A DNA stretch of 52,105 nucleotides from Clostridia bacterium (GCA_045534775.1 JAZSKI010000017.1:1-52105); one strand, 5' to 3'. Shown: positions 1-8,579, numbered from the stretch's first letter. Notes: a model not told the origin generated them from the sequence alone. Numbers and translations: made by a program.

Positions 1-94
1 CGTAGGTGCGCTCGGCTCTTCAGGTGTATTCTGCATTTCCTCAGGAGGCTGATTTATAGGAGCGGGTGCCGCATTATCGTCTCTGAAATCCTTA
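1..94. repeat. 94-bp direct repeat, copy 1 (identical to 188..281); may extend past the window edge
   Basis: Read directly: cgtaggtgcgctcggctcttcagg...ctctgaaatcctta occurs at 1..94 and again at 188..281. I can see no mismatch. Confidence 0.9.
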
Positions 95-187
95 AGTCGG
101 AGGCCAAGCGGTCTTAGGAAGACCAACTGGGGCTATCAACTCCTTGGCTCACAGAACGACATGGCTACGATCCGACTTGCTCGGAGT
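95..187. other. 93-bp compositionally foreign spacer between the two repeat copies; carries the last 12 codons and the stop of the SLH ORF
   Basis: Hand count: A23 G27 T18 C25, about 56% G+C, against an AT-rich background. Self-complementary ends agtcgga 95..101 / tccgact 171..177. Inner stems gccaag 103..108 / cttggc 143..148 and ggtct 110..114 / agacc 120..124. Confidence 0.7.
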
Positions 188-3097
188 CGTAGGTGCGCTC
201 GGCTCTTCAGGTGTATTCTGCATTTCCTCAGGAGGCTGATTTATAGGAGCGGGTGCCGCATTATCGTCTCTGAAATCCTTATCCTGCCCTACAACTATAA
301 CGTCTCTTACCCAAGTGTTGCTGTCAACTCTTAATAATACAAAGGAGCCTTCGTCACTATAAGGTGAATTGCCTATGGTTCTGTCAATCTCTATATCAGA
401 TACGTCGCCTACAACTATTCTCGGGTTTGCATAATTTGCTTCATCATAGACATATACATTTGCCGAAGAATTCAATGAATATGTACCGGCACTTTCATAT
501 CTGTCATCAAAGGCGATAGAATAGCTCTTGTTGGTTCTGCCCCTTACAATTCCGTATACAAAGGTAATATGGTCAGCGTTGCCGCCCGGCGCATAGATTA
601 CAATGTTATTTCCGTTTCTATAAGGGTTGATTACGGCATTGCCGCTTATCATTTCACCCGGACGGAATATTAAGGCTATCTTCTTTGCGTGACCTTTATT
701 GTTTTTAGAAACCGATATAACGTCGCCTATTTTTATGTTTGTGCCAACACCAAGACCCGTCACATCACTTATTGTAACATCCATAGCATTGAAGGTTACG
801 GCTGTTTTTGAACCGTCTGAATAAACAGTAAGCTTTGTCAGCACATCGCCGCCGCTGTAAACCTGTTCGATACCGTTTACAATCATAACGCTTTCGGTAT
901 AGTTAACCTCACCTGTCATATTGTATCCCATAATTGCTACGGCGTTTCCTGTTTCTGTCTCCGTAAAGGCTTTGCCGGTATATTTTGCATTATGCACAAG
1001 CATATTACCCGTGCCTACCGAAATGTCGGATTTGCTTGCCGTATAAAGCTGAGCTGCAGGAACTCCTATATCAAACACTATCGTATTATTCTGAGTAAAC
1101 ACACCGCTTGAGAGATATTCAGAATAAGCATTGTACGTACTGTTAGTGAAGCTTCTGTAAGCATAGTCGCCGTCAGTAACATTACTGTTTGCAAGGTCAA
1201 AGTTAATTTTGTTTATATATCCCGAATTATTCAGGCTGTAAGATACCATTGTATAAACAGGAACAACATTTCCGTTTACAGTACCCGCCCAATCAGCAGG
1301 CTTGTAGCTGTTCCAGTCATTTACAATATTACTTGCCCTTACGCCGCTTGTAGTACAGTTAACAGATACCTTGTCGGCAAACTCAAAGTCCTTCCAAACT
1401 CCGTCAGCCGTAAGAATATTAGCTTTAAGCGTTGTTGAGATTACGCCTTCAACACCCATATTGAGCATAAAACCAAATTTGAAATTGGTTGCCATGCCTG
1501 TTCTGTCGGCATAGACTATCTTGCCTAAACGGTTAATATAAAATACTCCTTCGTAGCCTAATTTTATATCGCTGTCAGCCACAAGATATTCATATTCAAC
1601 ATCATCAATTTTAACTATGTTTTCATCATTATTGTAGCCTGTAACAACACCGTCAATAACCGAATTGCTCACTATATAAACTGTACCGTTAACAAGCTCT
1701 TTTTTACTGTTGCAATTACCGCAAATGCTTAAAACATCGCCTTCGCGAATATCATCAAAGTCTACCTCTTCATTGTTTTTAATAATCTTAAAGGAGTACT
1801 CGCTGTCCTCCACATCAAGAATAACAGATAAGTTGTTTTTACCTACAACACGGTAGTTTTTCGAAGAAACGCTGTCAACAACAATATCCATATAATCCGT
1901 AACATAAATTACATCATATATTCCATCGGCACTATTGTCAAGAAACTCTACCACACCGTTTATTCCCGAATTTACCTTGTTTACAAATTGAGTAACATAG
2001 CTTCCGCCGTCAACCTTTCTTCCGTTATAATAATAAGTAAGGCTTGTGTCGCTTGTTTCAAATTTTATGTATTTGGATCTGGAGCTTCCGTCATCAAAAT
2101 AATACAGCTTTCCGGAAGAGATACTGCTCATCTCAGACGTATCAATATCAGACGAGCTTATGGAAATACGTCCTATTTTTGCGTTCTTCGATACAATCGC
2201 CAGGATTTCAGGATAATCCTCATCTACGCCCTTAATATAAGCATAGGTATACTGTTCAAGATATTTATCCGCCTCTGTATTCCCCATATCCGGTCTTATG
2301 ACCTGATTTACGCTTCTGAAAACCTTGCGACCGCCGATATTTTCATAGCGTTTTGTAATGGTATATTCCACACGGTATGACTGTATATAAATATCTGACG
2401 AGCCTGCCGTTTTTGTTACCTTACCCTCAACCTTTTCAACATCAAGCTTATCAAGCAAATTTGTTGATACCTTCTCAAAGGTAGTTTGTGTTCCGAAGCC
2501 CACCTGTTCCATCATCTGAACCTCAAGACTGTTATATACAAGTGTAGCCACTATTCCTCGGGTAGCAGGAGTGCCGCTCATACCATCCGCACCCGATAAA
2601 ATGCCCTCGCGCGCCGCTATAACCGTATATCCGCCCGGATAACCGCCTTTTGTATCAGCTTCAGGAGTATATCCTAACGCCGCAACTACCATTTTTATTG
2701 CCTGTTCATAAAGCACAGGCTCCTCCGGCCTAAAAGTGCCGTCCGGATAACCGTTTATAACACCGTGGTTAGCGGCTAAATTTATGTATCCGCAAGCCCA
2801 ATGATTTGAAGCTACATCAGAAAATTTTGTACTGCCGCCCGCACCCGTTGCCGCATCTCCCAATCCTAACGCTCTCATAATAACAGCCGCAAATTCAGCT
2901 CTTGTTATTGTATTTTCGGGGCGGAAGCTGCCGTCGTTATATCCCGTCAACACGCCCAAAGACGAGAGCAAGCTTACGCTTTGGTGAAGCTCCTCAGCTT
3001 TATCTACGTCGCTGTATTCCGCCGCCATAGGTGTAATTGAAGCTAAGGCAAATACAGCAACCATAATAATTGGTATAAGTTTCAATTTCATTCTCAT
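149..3097 (-). CDS. Large S-layer-homology (SLH) domain cell-wall-anchored protein with signal peptide
   Basis: ORF 149..3214. Likely start is ATG at 3097 (MRMKLKLIPIIMVAVFALASITPMAA signal peptide) preceded by AAAGGAGAG. Three SLH-like repeats follow (FSDV..HWA..YI, GYxDGTFRP). The C-terminus runs into the 95..187 insert. Confidence 0.85.
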   Translation of the reverse strand: MRMKLKLIPIIMVAVFALASITPMAAEYSDVDKAEELHQSVSLLSSLGVLTGYNDGSFRPENTITRAEFAAVIMRALGLGDAATGAGGSTKFSDVASNHWACGYINLAANHGVINGYPDGTFRPEEPVLYEQAIKMVVAALGYTPEADTKGGYPGGYTVIAAREGILSGADGMSGTPATRGIVATLVYNSLEVQMMEQVGFGTQTTFEKVSTNLLDKLDVEKVEGKVTKTAGSSDIYIQSYRVEYTITKRYENIGGRKVFRSVNQVIRPDMGNTEADKYLEQYTYAYIKGVDEDYPEILAIVSKNAKIGRISISSSDIDTSEMSSISSGKLYYFDDGSSRSKYIKFETSDTSLTYYYNGRKVDGGSYVTQFVNKVNSGINGVVEFLDNSADGIYDVIYVTDYMDIVVDSVSSKNYRVVGKNNLSVILDVEDSEYSFKIIKNNEEVDFDDIREGDVLSICGNCNSKKELVNGTVYIVSNSVIDGVVTGYNNDENIVKIDDVEYEYLVADSDIKLGYEGVFYINRLGKIVYADRTGMATNFKFGFMLNMGVEGVISTTLKANILTADGVWKDFEFADKVSVNCTTSGVRASNIVNDWNSYKPADWAGTVNGNVVPVYTMVSYSLNNSGYINKINFDLANSNVTDGDYAYRSFTNSTYNAYSEYLSSGVFTQNNTIVFDIGVPAAQLYTASKSDISVGTGNMLVHNAKYTGKAFTETETGNAVAIMGYNMTGEVNYTESVMIVNGIEQVYSGGDVLTKLTVYSDGSKTAVTFNAMDVTISDVTGLGVGTNIKIGDVISVSKNNKGHAKKIALIFRPGEMISGNAVINPYRNGNNIVIYAPGGNADHITFVYGIVRGRTNKSYSIAFDDRYESAGTYSLNSSANVYVYDEANYANPRIVVGDVSDIEIDRTIGNSPYSDEGSFVLLRVDSNTWVRDVIVVGQDKDFRDDNAAPAPINQPPEEMQNTPEEPSAPTTPSKSDRSHVVL
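188..281. repeat. 94-bp direct repeat, copy 2; encodes the Pro/Glu-rich C-terminal linker of the SLH protein
   Basis: Identical to 1..94. The minus-strand translation is KDFRDDNAAPAPINQPPEEMQNTPEEPSAPT. Confidence 0.9.
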
Positions 3098-3190
3098 ATA
3101 TCTCTCCTTTTTATGTGCAATAATGCACAGGTTTTGGCATTGAAAAGCAAGGTTTCGGTACGGTATTATATTTACCGTCTTTATAACACT

Positions 3191-3219
3191 ATTATACACC
3201 CTTTTATCAAACAAGTCAA
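3191..3219 (-). promoter_or_regulatory. Sigma-A-type promoter of the SLH-protein gene (TTGACT-17-TATAAT)
   Basis: Minus-strand TTGACT (3214..3219) and TATAAT (3191..3196) with a 17-bp spacer. The roughly 90-nt leader contains the hairpin tgtgca-ttat-tgcaca. Confidence 0.6.
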
Positions 3220-3284
3220 CATATTTAACAAAACAGTAATATAAACGTAAAAAATGAATTTTTTGTTAAAATCTTTTAATTCTA

Positions 3285-3313
3285 TTGCAATAACTTGTTT
3301 TTTGTGGTATACT
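3285..3313 (+). promoter_or_regulatory. Sigma-A-type promoter with extended -10 (TTGCAA-17-TGgTATACT) driving the aroQ leader
   Basis: TTGCAA 3285..3290, TATACT 3308..3313, TG at 3305..3306. Confidence 0.55.
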
Positions 3314-3319
3314 ATTATG

Positions 3320-3547
3320 GATGGGCATAATATTTTGATTGATGAAATCGAAAATCAAAAGGAGATTTAACGTGGAAGGAGCTTTCACGTTATGCCTCCG
3401 GCGGATTTAACTGCCCGTGCGAAATTTTCTTCGCATTCGCGAAGATAAGCACACGGGCGTAAAAATCTCTTATCATTCCTTGCCATACGGATAAGAGACC
3501 TCTGATTACTTTTTGTGCCGACGTATGGCGGCAGAATGGAGATTTTT
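3320..3547 (+). promoter_or_regulatory. About 220-nt highly structured 5' leader upstream of aroQ; class unknown
   Basis: Consecutive hairpins: 3333..3360; 3370..3390 (sequesters GGAG); 3413..3458 with nested 3429..3444; 3467..3497; 3517..3532. Higher G+C than neighbouring intergenic DNA. Confidence 0.4.
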
Positions 3548-3976
3548 ATGAAAATACTTATTTTAAACGGGCCTAATCTGAATCTTCTCGGCACTCGCGA
3601 CCCCGCTCATTACGGAACAGATACGCTTTCTTCCATAAATAAATACATTGAACGCACTTACCCTGATATAGAATTTGAATTTTTCCAATCTAACCACGAA
3701 GGTGCTATAATAGATACCCTCCACGAGGCAAACGGCGTTTTTGACGGCATTGTCCTTAATGCAGGTGCATATACCCATTATTCCTATGCTATAGCAGATG
3801 CTATTGACGCCATTTCCGTTCCCGTAATCGAGGTTCATTTGTCTAACATACATTCCCGCGATGAATTTAGACATAAATCGGTTCTGGCGGCAGCATGTAA
3901 GGGTCAGATTTCGGGATTTGGCAAGGATAGCTATATTCTTGGCGTTAAAGCACTTGTTTCAGAAGGAGATTTTTAA
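3548..3976 (+). CDS. aroQ: Type II 3-dehydroquinate dehydratase
   Basis: MKILILNGPNLNLLGTRDP...HYG N-terminus and ..EVHLSNIHSRE.FRH motif. ATG 3548 follows GGAG. Confidence 0.9.
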   Translation: MKILILNGPNLNLLGTRDPAHYGTDTLSSINKYIERTYPDIEFEFFQSNHEGAIIDTLHEANGVFDGIVLNAGAYTHYSYAIADAIDAISVPVIEVHLSNIHSRDEFRHKSVLAAACKGQISGFGKDSYILGVKALVSEGDF

Positions 3977-3977
3977 T

Positions 3978-5048
3978 ATGATTAACGAAAGACTTGAGAA
4001 TATAAGACGCGCAATGACCGAAGCCGGTCTTGACGGCTTGCTTGTCACAAGCAGAGAAAATGTGTTTTATCTCAGCGGATTTTCAGGTACAAACGGAGAC
4101 CTTTTTATAACTCATGATGCGGCATATATTATGACGGATTTCAGGTATCTTATACAGGCAGCGGAGGAAGCCCCTCTTTATACGCTGAAGGATACCAAGG
4201 CAGGTATATACGGTCTGGTAAACGAATTGATTTTTGCTCACAGAGTTATGCGACTCGGTATTGAGGACAGGCTTCTGTCTTATGCGGCATACAAGGGTAT
4301 GAAAGGTTCTTTGAACAACACCGTAATTATCGGTGTAGGTGATTTAATCTCAAGCACGCGTACAGTTAAAGACCCGGACGAGTTTTCAGCCCTGCGGACC
4401 GCCGCAAGAATTGCCGACGATGCTTTTTCTGCAACAGTAAAGCTGATGAAATGCGGAATGACCGAGCTTGAGGTAGCAGCCGAAATAGAATATCAAATGA
4501 GAAAAAAATGTAGCAAAGGTACGTCCTTTGATACTATTGTAGCTTCAGGAGTAAATTCCGCAAAACCCCATGGAACCGCCACCTCAAAGACTCTTGATAC
4601 AGGAGATCTGGTGGTTATGGATTTCGGCTGTATATATAACGGATATTGCAGTGATATGACCCGTACCGTAGCTATGGGCGAGATAAGCGGCGAACAAAAA
4701 GCCGTATATAACGCCGTTCTCTACACCCAGCTTAAAGCCTTGAATTTTGTAAAACCCGGTGTAGCCTGCAGCGATGCAGACGAATATGCAAGAAAAATTT
4801 TAGACAACTTTGGTTACGGAGAATTTTTCGGTCATTCTTTAGGTCACGGTGTGGGAATAGAGATACATGAAGAGCCTGCACTTTCGTCAAAATCCAAGAA
4901 AACTCTTTCTTCCGGTATGGTATTTACCGTAGAGCCGGGTGTGTATATTGACAACAAGTTCGGTGTCAGAATCGAAGATACTGTCATAATTACAGAAAAC
5001 TCTATGGAAATTTTGACAAATTCCACAAAAGAACTCATAATTATTTGA
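3978..5048 (+). CDS. Xaa-Pro aminopeptidase / M24B family metallopeptidase
   Basis: Creatinase-like N-domain plus M24 metal ligands (DFG..Y.GY.SDMTRT, HSLGHGVG.E.HE, VEPG). ATG 3978 lies 2 nt after the aroQ stop, with AGAAGGAG upstream. Confidence 0.85.
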   Translation: MINERLENIRRAMTEAGLDGLLVTSRENVFYLSGFSGTNGDLFITHDAAYIMTDFRYLIQAAEEAPLYTLKDTKAGIYGLVNELIFAHRVMRLGIEDRLLSYAAYKGMKGSLNNTVIIGVGDLISSTRTVKDPDEFSALRTAARIADDAFSATVKLMKCGMTELEVAAEIEYQMRKKCSKGTSFDTIVASGVNSAKPHGTATSKTLDTGDLVVMDFGCIYNGYCSDMTRTVAMGEISGEQKAVYNAVLYTQLKALNFVKPGVACSDADEYARKILDNFGYGEFFGHSLGHGVGIEIHEEPALSSKSKKTLSSGMVFTVEPGVYIDNKFGVRIEDTVIITENSMEILTNSTKELIII

Positions 5049-5059
5049 GAATTTTTTGC

Positions 5060-5088
5060 TTGAAATTTTATAAAAAATAGTGTATAAT
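5060..5088 (+). promoter_or_regulatory. Sigma-A-type promoter upstream of efp (TTGAAA-17-TATAAT)
   Basis: TTGAAA 5060..5065, TATAAT 5083..5088. Confidence 0.55.
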
Positions 5089-5188
5089 ATATAATGTAAT
5101 AGTGTAAGACTTCTTTTGTCATAAAAACTATGCAGACAAAAGTGCCAAATATACTAAGCCGAAGCATAGCGGCGGAATGGAGTAAAAA

Positions 5189-5746
5189 ATGATATCAGCA
5201 GGAGATTTTAAAAACGGTGTAACCTTTGAGCTTGACGGAAACGTGTTTCAGGTTATTCAGTTCCAGCACGTAAAACCGGGTAAGGGGGCAGCTTTCGTAA
5301 GAACGAAGATTAAAAACGTTATCACCGGTGGCGTTGTTGAAAGAACTTTCAACCCCACAGACAAAATGCCCAAAGCACATATCGAAAGAAAAGATATGGA
5401 ATATTTGTATAATGACGGTGAGCTTTATTATTTCATGGACACCGAAACCTATGAGCAGATGCCTCTCGGTACGGATTTGCTTGAGAATTCACTCCCCTTC
5501 TTAAAGGAAAATATGATTGTTAAAATCCTTTCCTTTAAAGGCAACGTGTTCGGTGTTGAACCTCCTAACTTTGTTGAGCTTGAGGTTACAGCTACAGAAC
5601 CCGGTGTTAAGGGTGATACAGCTACAGGTGCTACAAAGCCCGCAACTCTTGAAACAGGTGCAACTGTCTATGTGCCTTTGTTTATAAACCAGGGCGACAG
5701 AATAAGAGTTGATACCCGCACAGGTACTTATATGGAAAGAGCCTAA
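5189..5746 (+). CDS. efp: Translation elongation factor P
   Basis: 185 aa. [43 protein letters not shown] is the canonical EF-P N-terminus, including the modified-Lys loop. Confidence 0.95.
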   Translation: MISAGDFKNGVTFELDGNVFQVIQFQHVKPGKGAAFVRTKIKNVITGGVVERTFNPTDKMPKAHIERKDMEYLYNDGELYYFMDTETYEQMPLGTDLLENSLPFLKENMIVKILSFKGNVFGVEPPNFVELEVTATEPGVKGDTATGATKPATLETGATVYVPLFINQGDRIRVDTRTGTYMERA

Positions 5747-5770
5747 TATATAGAACAGGAGAATAATATT

Positions 5771-6169
5771 ATGTCATACTTAACCGAACGAGCATCTTTT
5801 CTCAGCGGTTTGGCAGAAGGTCTTGGTTTTGACAGTAATTCAAAGGAAGGTAAGCTTTTTGGTGCTTTAATTGATGTTATAACAGAGCTTACCGAAGAGG
5901 TTGCATTGCTTGAAGAGCGTCTTGAAGATGTCATTGATGAAGACTATGGCTTTGACGATGACAGCGACCTTGACGATTGCTGTGATGATGACCTTGATTA
6001 TTTTGAAATAAGCTGTGAAAAATGCGGTAATACAATTTATCTTGATGAAGATTTACTCGATAGTGACGAAGAGCTTAAATGCCCTGTTTGCGGCGAGGAA
6101 ATAGAGATAGAATTTGAAGATTGTTGCGATGGCGGTTGCGACGACTGCGGTTGCGACGATTGTAAATAA
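5771..6169 (+). CDS. Acidic Cys-rich zinc-ribbon protein (CD1247 N-terminal-domain-like), function unknown
   Basis: 132 aa. Helical N-domain, poly-Asp/Glu linker, CxxC-x(26)-CxxC ribbon (CEKCG...CPVCG) and a CCDGGCDDCGCDDCK tail. RBS CAGGAGA. Confidence 0.7.
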   Translation: MSYLTERASFLSGLAEGLGFDSNSKEGKLFGALIDVITELTEEVALLEERLEDVIDEDYGFDDDSDLDDCCDDDLDYFEISCEKCGNTIYLDEDLLDSDEELKCPVCGEEIEIEFEDCCDGGCDDCGCDDCK

Positions 6170-6181
6170 TATCACTACAGC

Positions 6182-6214
6182 GGTTTGCGGGTTTTTACCC
6201 GCAAACCTTTTAAT
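6182..6214 (+). terminator. Rho-independent terminator
   Basis: ggtttgcgggt-tttt-acccgcaaacc followed by tttt. Confidence 0.85.
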
Positions 6215-6252
6215 TTACTGATACGCCGCCCCGCGGCAGAATGGAGTTTGTT

Positions 6253-7425
6253 ATGAACGTATCGGAAAAAGCATTGCTGTTGCACGAAGAAAATAAAGGT
6301 AAAATAGAGGTTACGGGAAAGGTTCGGGTAACTGCCCGCGAGGAGCTTTCTTTGGCATATACCCCCGGCGTTGCCGAGCCGTGCAAAAAAATACACGAAA
6401 ACAAAGAAGATGTTTATAAATATACAAATAAAGGAAATATGGTAGCCGTTGTTACAGACGGTACTGCTGTTCTGGGATTAGGTGATATAGGTCCCGAGGC
6501 AGGGCTTCCCGTAATGGAAGGGAAAGCACTTCTTTTCAAAGAATTTGCAGGGGTAGACGCCTTCCCCATTTGTCTTGATACTAAAAACACAGATGAAATA
6601 GTAAACGCCGTCAAGCTGATAGCACCGGGCTTTGGCGGAATCAACCTTGAAGATATTTCCGCACCTCGATGCTTTGAGGTGGAAGAACGGCTAAAAAAAG
6701 AACTTGATATACCCGTTTTCCACGATGACCAGCACGGTACGGCGGTTGTCGTGGCAGCGGCTATGCTTAACGGCCTCAGATTAGTCGGCAAGAAAATCGA
6801 AGAAATCTGTTTGGTAGTAAACGGTGCCGGCGCCGCAGGAACTGCCTGTACAAAGCTTCTCCTTGCTTTCGGACTTAAAAATGTTATAATGTGCGATAAG
6901 GACGGCGTAGTTTACAGAGGTCGTCCCGGTATGGATGCCTCGCTTGCGGCTATGGCTGAAAAGACTAACCCTGAATGTAAAAAAGGCACTCTTAAAGATA
7001 TTATCGGCGGTGCGGACGTATTTATCGGCGTTTCTGCACCTAATTGTCTCACGAGAGAAATGGTTGGTATGATGAATAAGGATGCTATAATTTTTGCTAT
7101 GGCAAATCCCGTACCCGAAATTTCTCCCGAAGAAGCGAAAGCGGGCGGTGCCCGCGTTATCGGCACCGGCAGAAGCGATTATCCCAACCAGATTAATAAC
7201 GTGCTGGCGTTCCCCGGCATATTTAAAGGAGCTTTAAGCGTACGTGCCACTGAGATTAATGACGAAATGAAGATTGCGGCAGCAAAGGCTCTTGCCTCCC
7301 TTGTGTCAGATGCGGAGCTAAACAAAGATTATATAATTCCCGATCCCTTTGATAAAAGGGTAGCCGAAACTGTTTCGCAGGTTGTTGCTCAGGCGGCAAT
7401 AGCTTCGGGTGTAGCACGGATATAA
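6253..7425 (+). CDS. NAD(P)-dependent malic enzyme (short form, no PTA domain)
   Basis: LSLAYTPGVA, VVTDGTAVLGLGDIG, FGGINLEDI and GAGAAG motifs. ATG 6253 follows GGAG; the ORF track starts 12 nt earlier. Confidence 0.9.
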   Translation: MNVSEKALLLHEENKGKIEVTGKVRVTAREELSLAYTPGVAEPCKKIHENKEDVYKYTNKGNMVAVVTDGTAVLGLGDIGPEAGLPVMEGKALLFKEFAGVDAFPICLDTKNTDEIVNAVKLIAPGFGGINLEDISAPRCFEVEERLKKELDIPVFHDDQHGTAVVVAAAMLNGLRLVGKKIEEICLVVNGAGAAGTACTKLLLAFGLKNVIMCDKDGVVYRGRPGMDASLAAMAEKTNPECKKGTLKDIIGGADVFIGVSAPNCLTREMVGMMNKDAIIFAMANPVPEISPEEAKAGGARVIGTGRSDYPNQINNVLAFPGIFKGALSVRATEINDEMKIAAAKALASLVSDAELNKDYIIPDPFDKRVAETVSQVVAQAAIASGVARI

Positions 7426-7438
7426 CGGTGGTGATATA

Positions 7439-8041
7439 ATGGATACTGCAATTAAACAGGATTTTACCGTCAAGGTAGCTATTATGTATATCCTTAAAAA
7501 ATTCGGTGAAGCAATGGAAGATGAGGTTTTGACGGATATAGCTACGGGTGTCTGTGAAATCAATTATTTTACTTTAAAGCAATGTGAGCTTGAGCTTATA
7601 GATTCGGGATTTATTCACAGCTATAATAACGGCGGCACAGAATACCATCTTCTTACGGACAAAGGTAACCAGGCTTTGGATTTCTTTGTCAGCAAACTGC
7701 TTTACAGCGTTCGGCTTAAAATAAATGACTATATTAAAAGCTATACCCCCGGCAAACGCAACAGCAAATTTAACTGTGACATCATCCCCATAACCGACCT
7801 GGATTTCAATATTTTTGCCGAGTATATCGAAAACGGAAAAACTATGCTTAAAATAGAATTTTATGCCGGTAGCAGAGAGCAGGCGGAGGAGCTTGTTAAA
7901 AAAATCCGTCACAACCGTGATTTGATGTACGGTGACTTATATAAATATATTATGAAGCTGGCATCAACAGTTGAAAAGGAAGATATAAACGAAAATCCCA
8001 GATACGAGGATTTTGACGATAATATGAATTTTTTTGAATAA
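7439..8041 (+). CDS. DUF4364-like protein (winged-helix-like N-domain), function unknown
   Basis: 200 aa. The N-terminal pattern KV.IMYILKKF...L.....NYF.L.Q...EL..SGFI recalls clostridial DUF4364 proteins. Family assignment is from memory. Confidence 0.55.
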   Translation: MDTAIKQDFTVKVAIMYILKKFGEAMEDEVLTDIATGVCEINYFTLKQCELELIDSGFIHSYNNGGTEYHLLTDKGNQALDFFVSKLLYSVRLKINDYIKSYTPGKRNSKFNCDIIPITDLDFNIFAEYIENGKTMLKIEFYAGSREQAEELVKKIRHNRDLMYGDLYKYIMKLASTVEKEDINENPRYEDFDDNMNFFE

Positions 8042-8055
8042 CAGGCGGTGACAAA

Positions 8056-8565
8056 ATGAAATACGGAGATTTTTATAAATATGCCTACAGCCTTTTTGAG
8101 AGGGTTACCCCTCTTTTGGGTGATTGTGGCGTTATGTGCGAAAACGCCTGTTGCAAGGGCGACGAGGAAAGTGGAATGTACCTTTTCCCCGGCGAAGAGA
8201 TAATGTATAAAAATATGCCGTATTGGTTTAAAATCGAGGAATCCTCCTTTGAGTATTCCGATGATAAATATGCCGCTATTGCACTTTGTACCCCTTATTG
8301 TGACAGACGACTGCGCCCCCTTGCCTGCAGAATTTTCCCGTTACTGCCTTATATTACCGAAGCAGGCGAGCTGAAAATTATTATGGACCCACGCGGAAAA
8401 TCCATGTGCCCTCTTGCGGCAGGCGCAGAGCCGGGTCAGCTCAATCCCGATTTTGTCCGTCGGGTTACATATCTCGGAAAGCTTATGATAAGAAATAAAG
8501 TGCTTTATGAATATTTGGAACAGCTAAGCCGCTTGACAGACGATTACTTTGGTGGTTTACTTTAG
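8056..8565 (+). CDS. Cys-rich hypothetical protein (possible metal or Fe-S binding)
   Basis: 169 aa. CGVMCENACC cluster (Cx3Cx3CC) plus further conserved-looking Cys residues (CTPYCD, LACRIFP, MCPL). Its end abuts the next gene. Confidence 0.5.
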   Translation: MKYGDFYKYAYSLFERVTPLLGDCGVMCENACCKGDEESGMYLFPGEEIMYKNMPYWFKIEESSFEYSDDKYAAIALCTPYCDRRLRPLACRIFPLLPYITEAGELKIIMDPRGKSMCPLAAGAEPGQLNPDFVRRVTYLGKLMIRNKVLYEYLEQLSRLTDDYFGGLL

Positions 8566-8579
8566 TGGGAGGTAGCATT

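Noticed and set aside
95-187. tRNA or tRNA-like gene in the GC-rich insert (7-bp terminal stem, GGCCAAGCGGTCT resembling a class II tRNA D-arm)
   Set aside because: I could not draw a cloverleaf. There is no GTTCRA T-loop, no 5-bp T-stem next to the acceptor 3' strand and no 7-nt anticodon loop, and the internal hairpin has a 5-nt loop. I am leaving it as an unexplained insert.
1-281. Diversity-generating retroelement (template repeat and variable repeat at the 3' end of a surface-protein gene)
   Set aside because: The two copies are identical, with no adenine-specific differences. No reverse transcriptase is visible in the window. The repeat encodes a low-complexity Pro/Glu linker rather than a C-type-lectin-like variable region.
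3385-3594. 69-aa minus-strand ORF in the aroQ leader
   Set aside because: It overlaps the aroQ start and the structured leader, has no RBS, and is basic and low in complexity. It is most likely a by-product of the GC-richer hairpin region.
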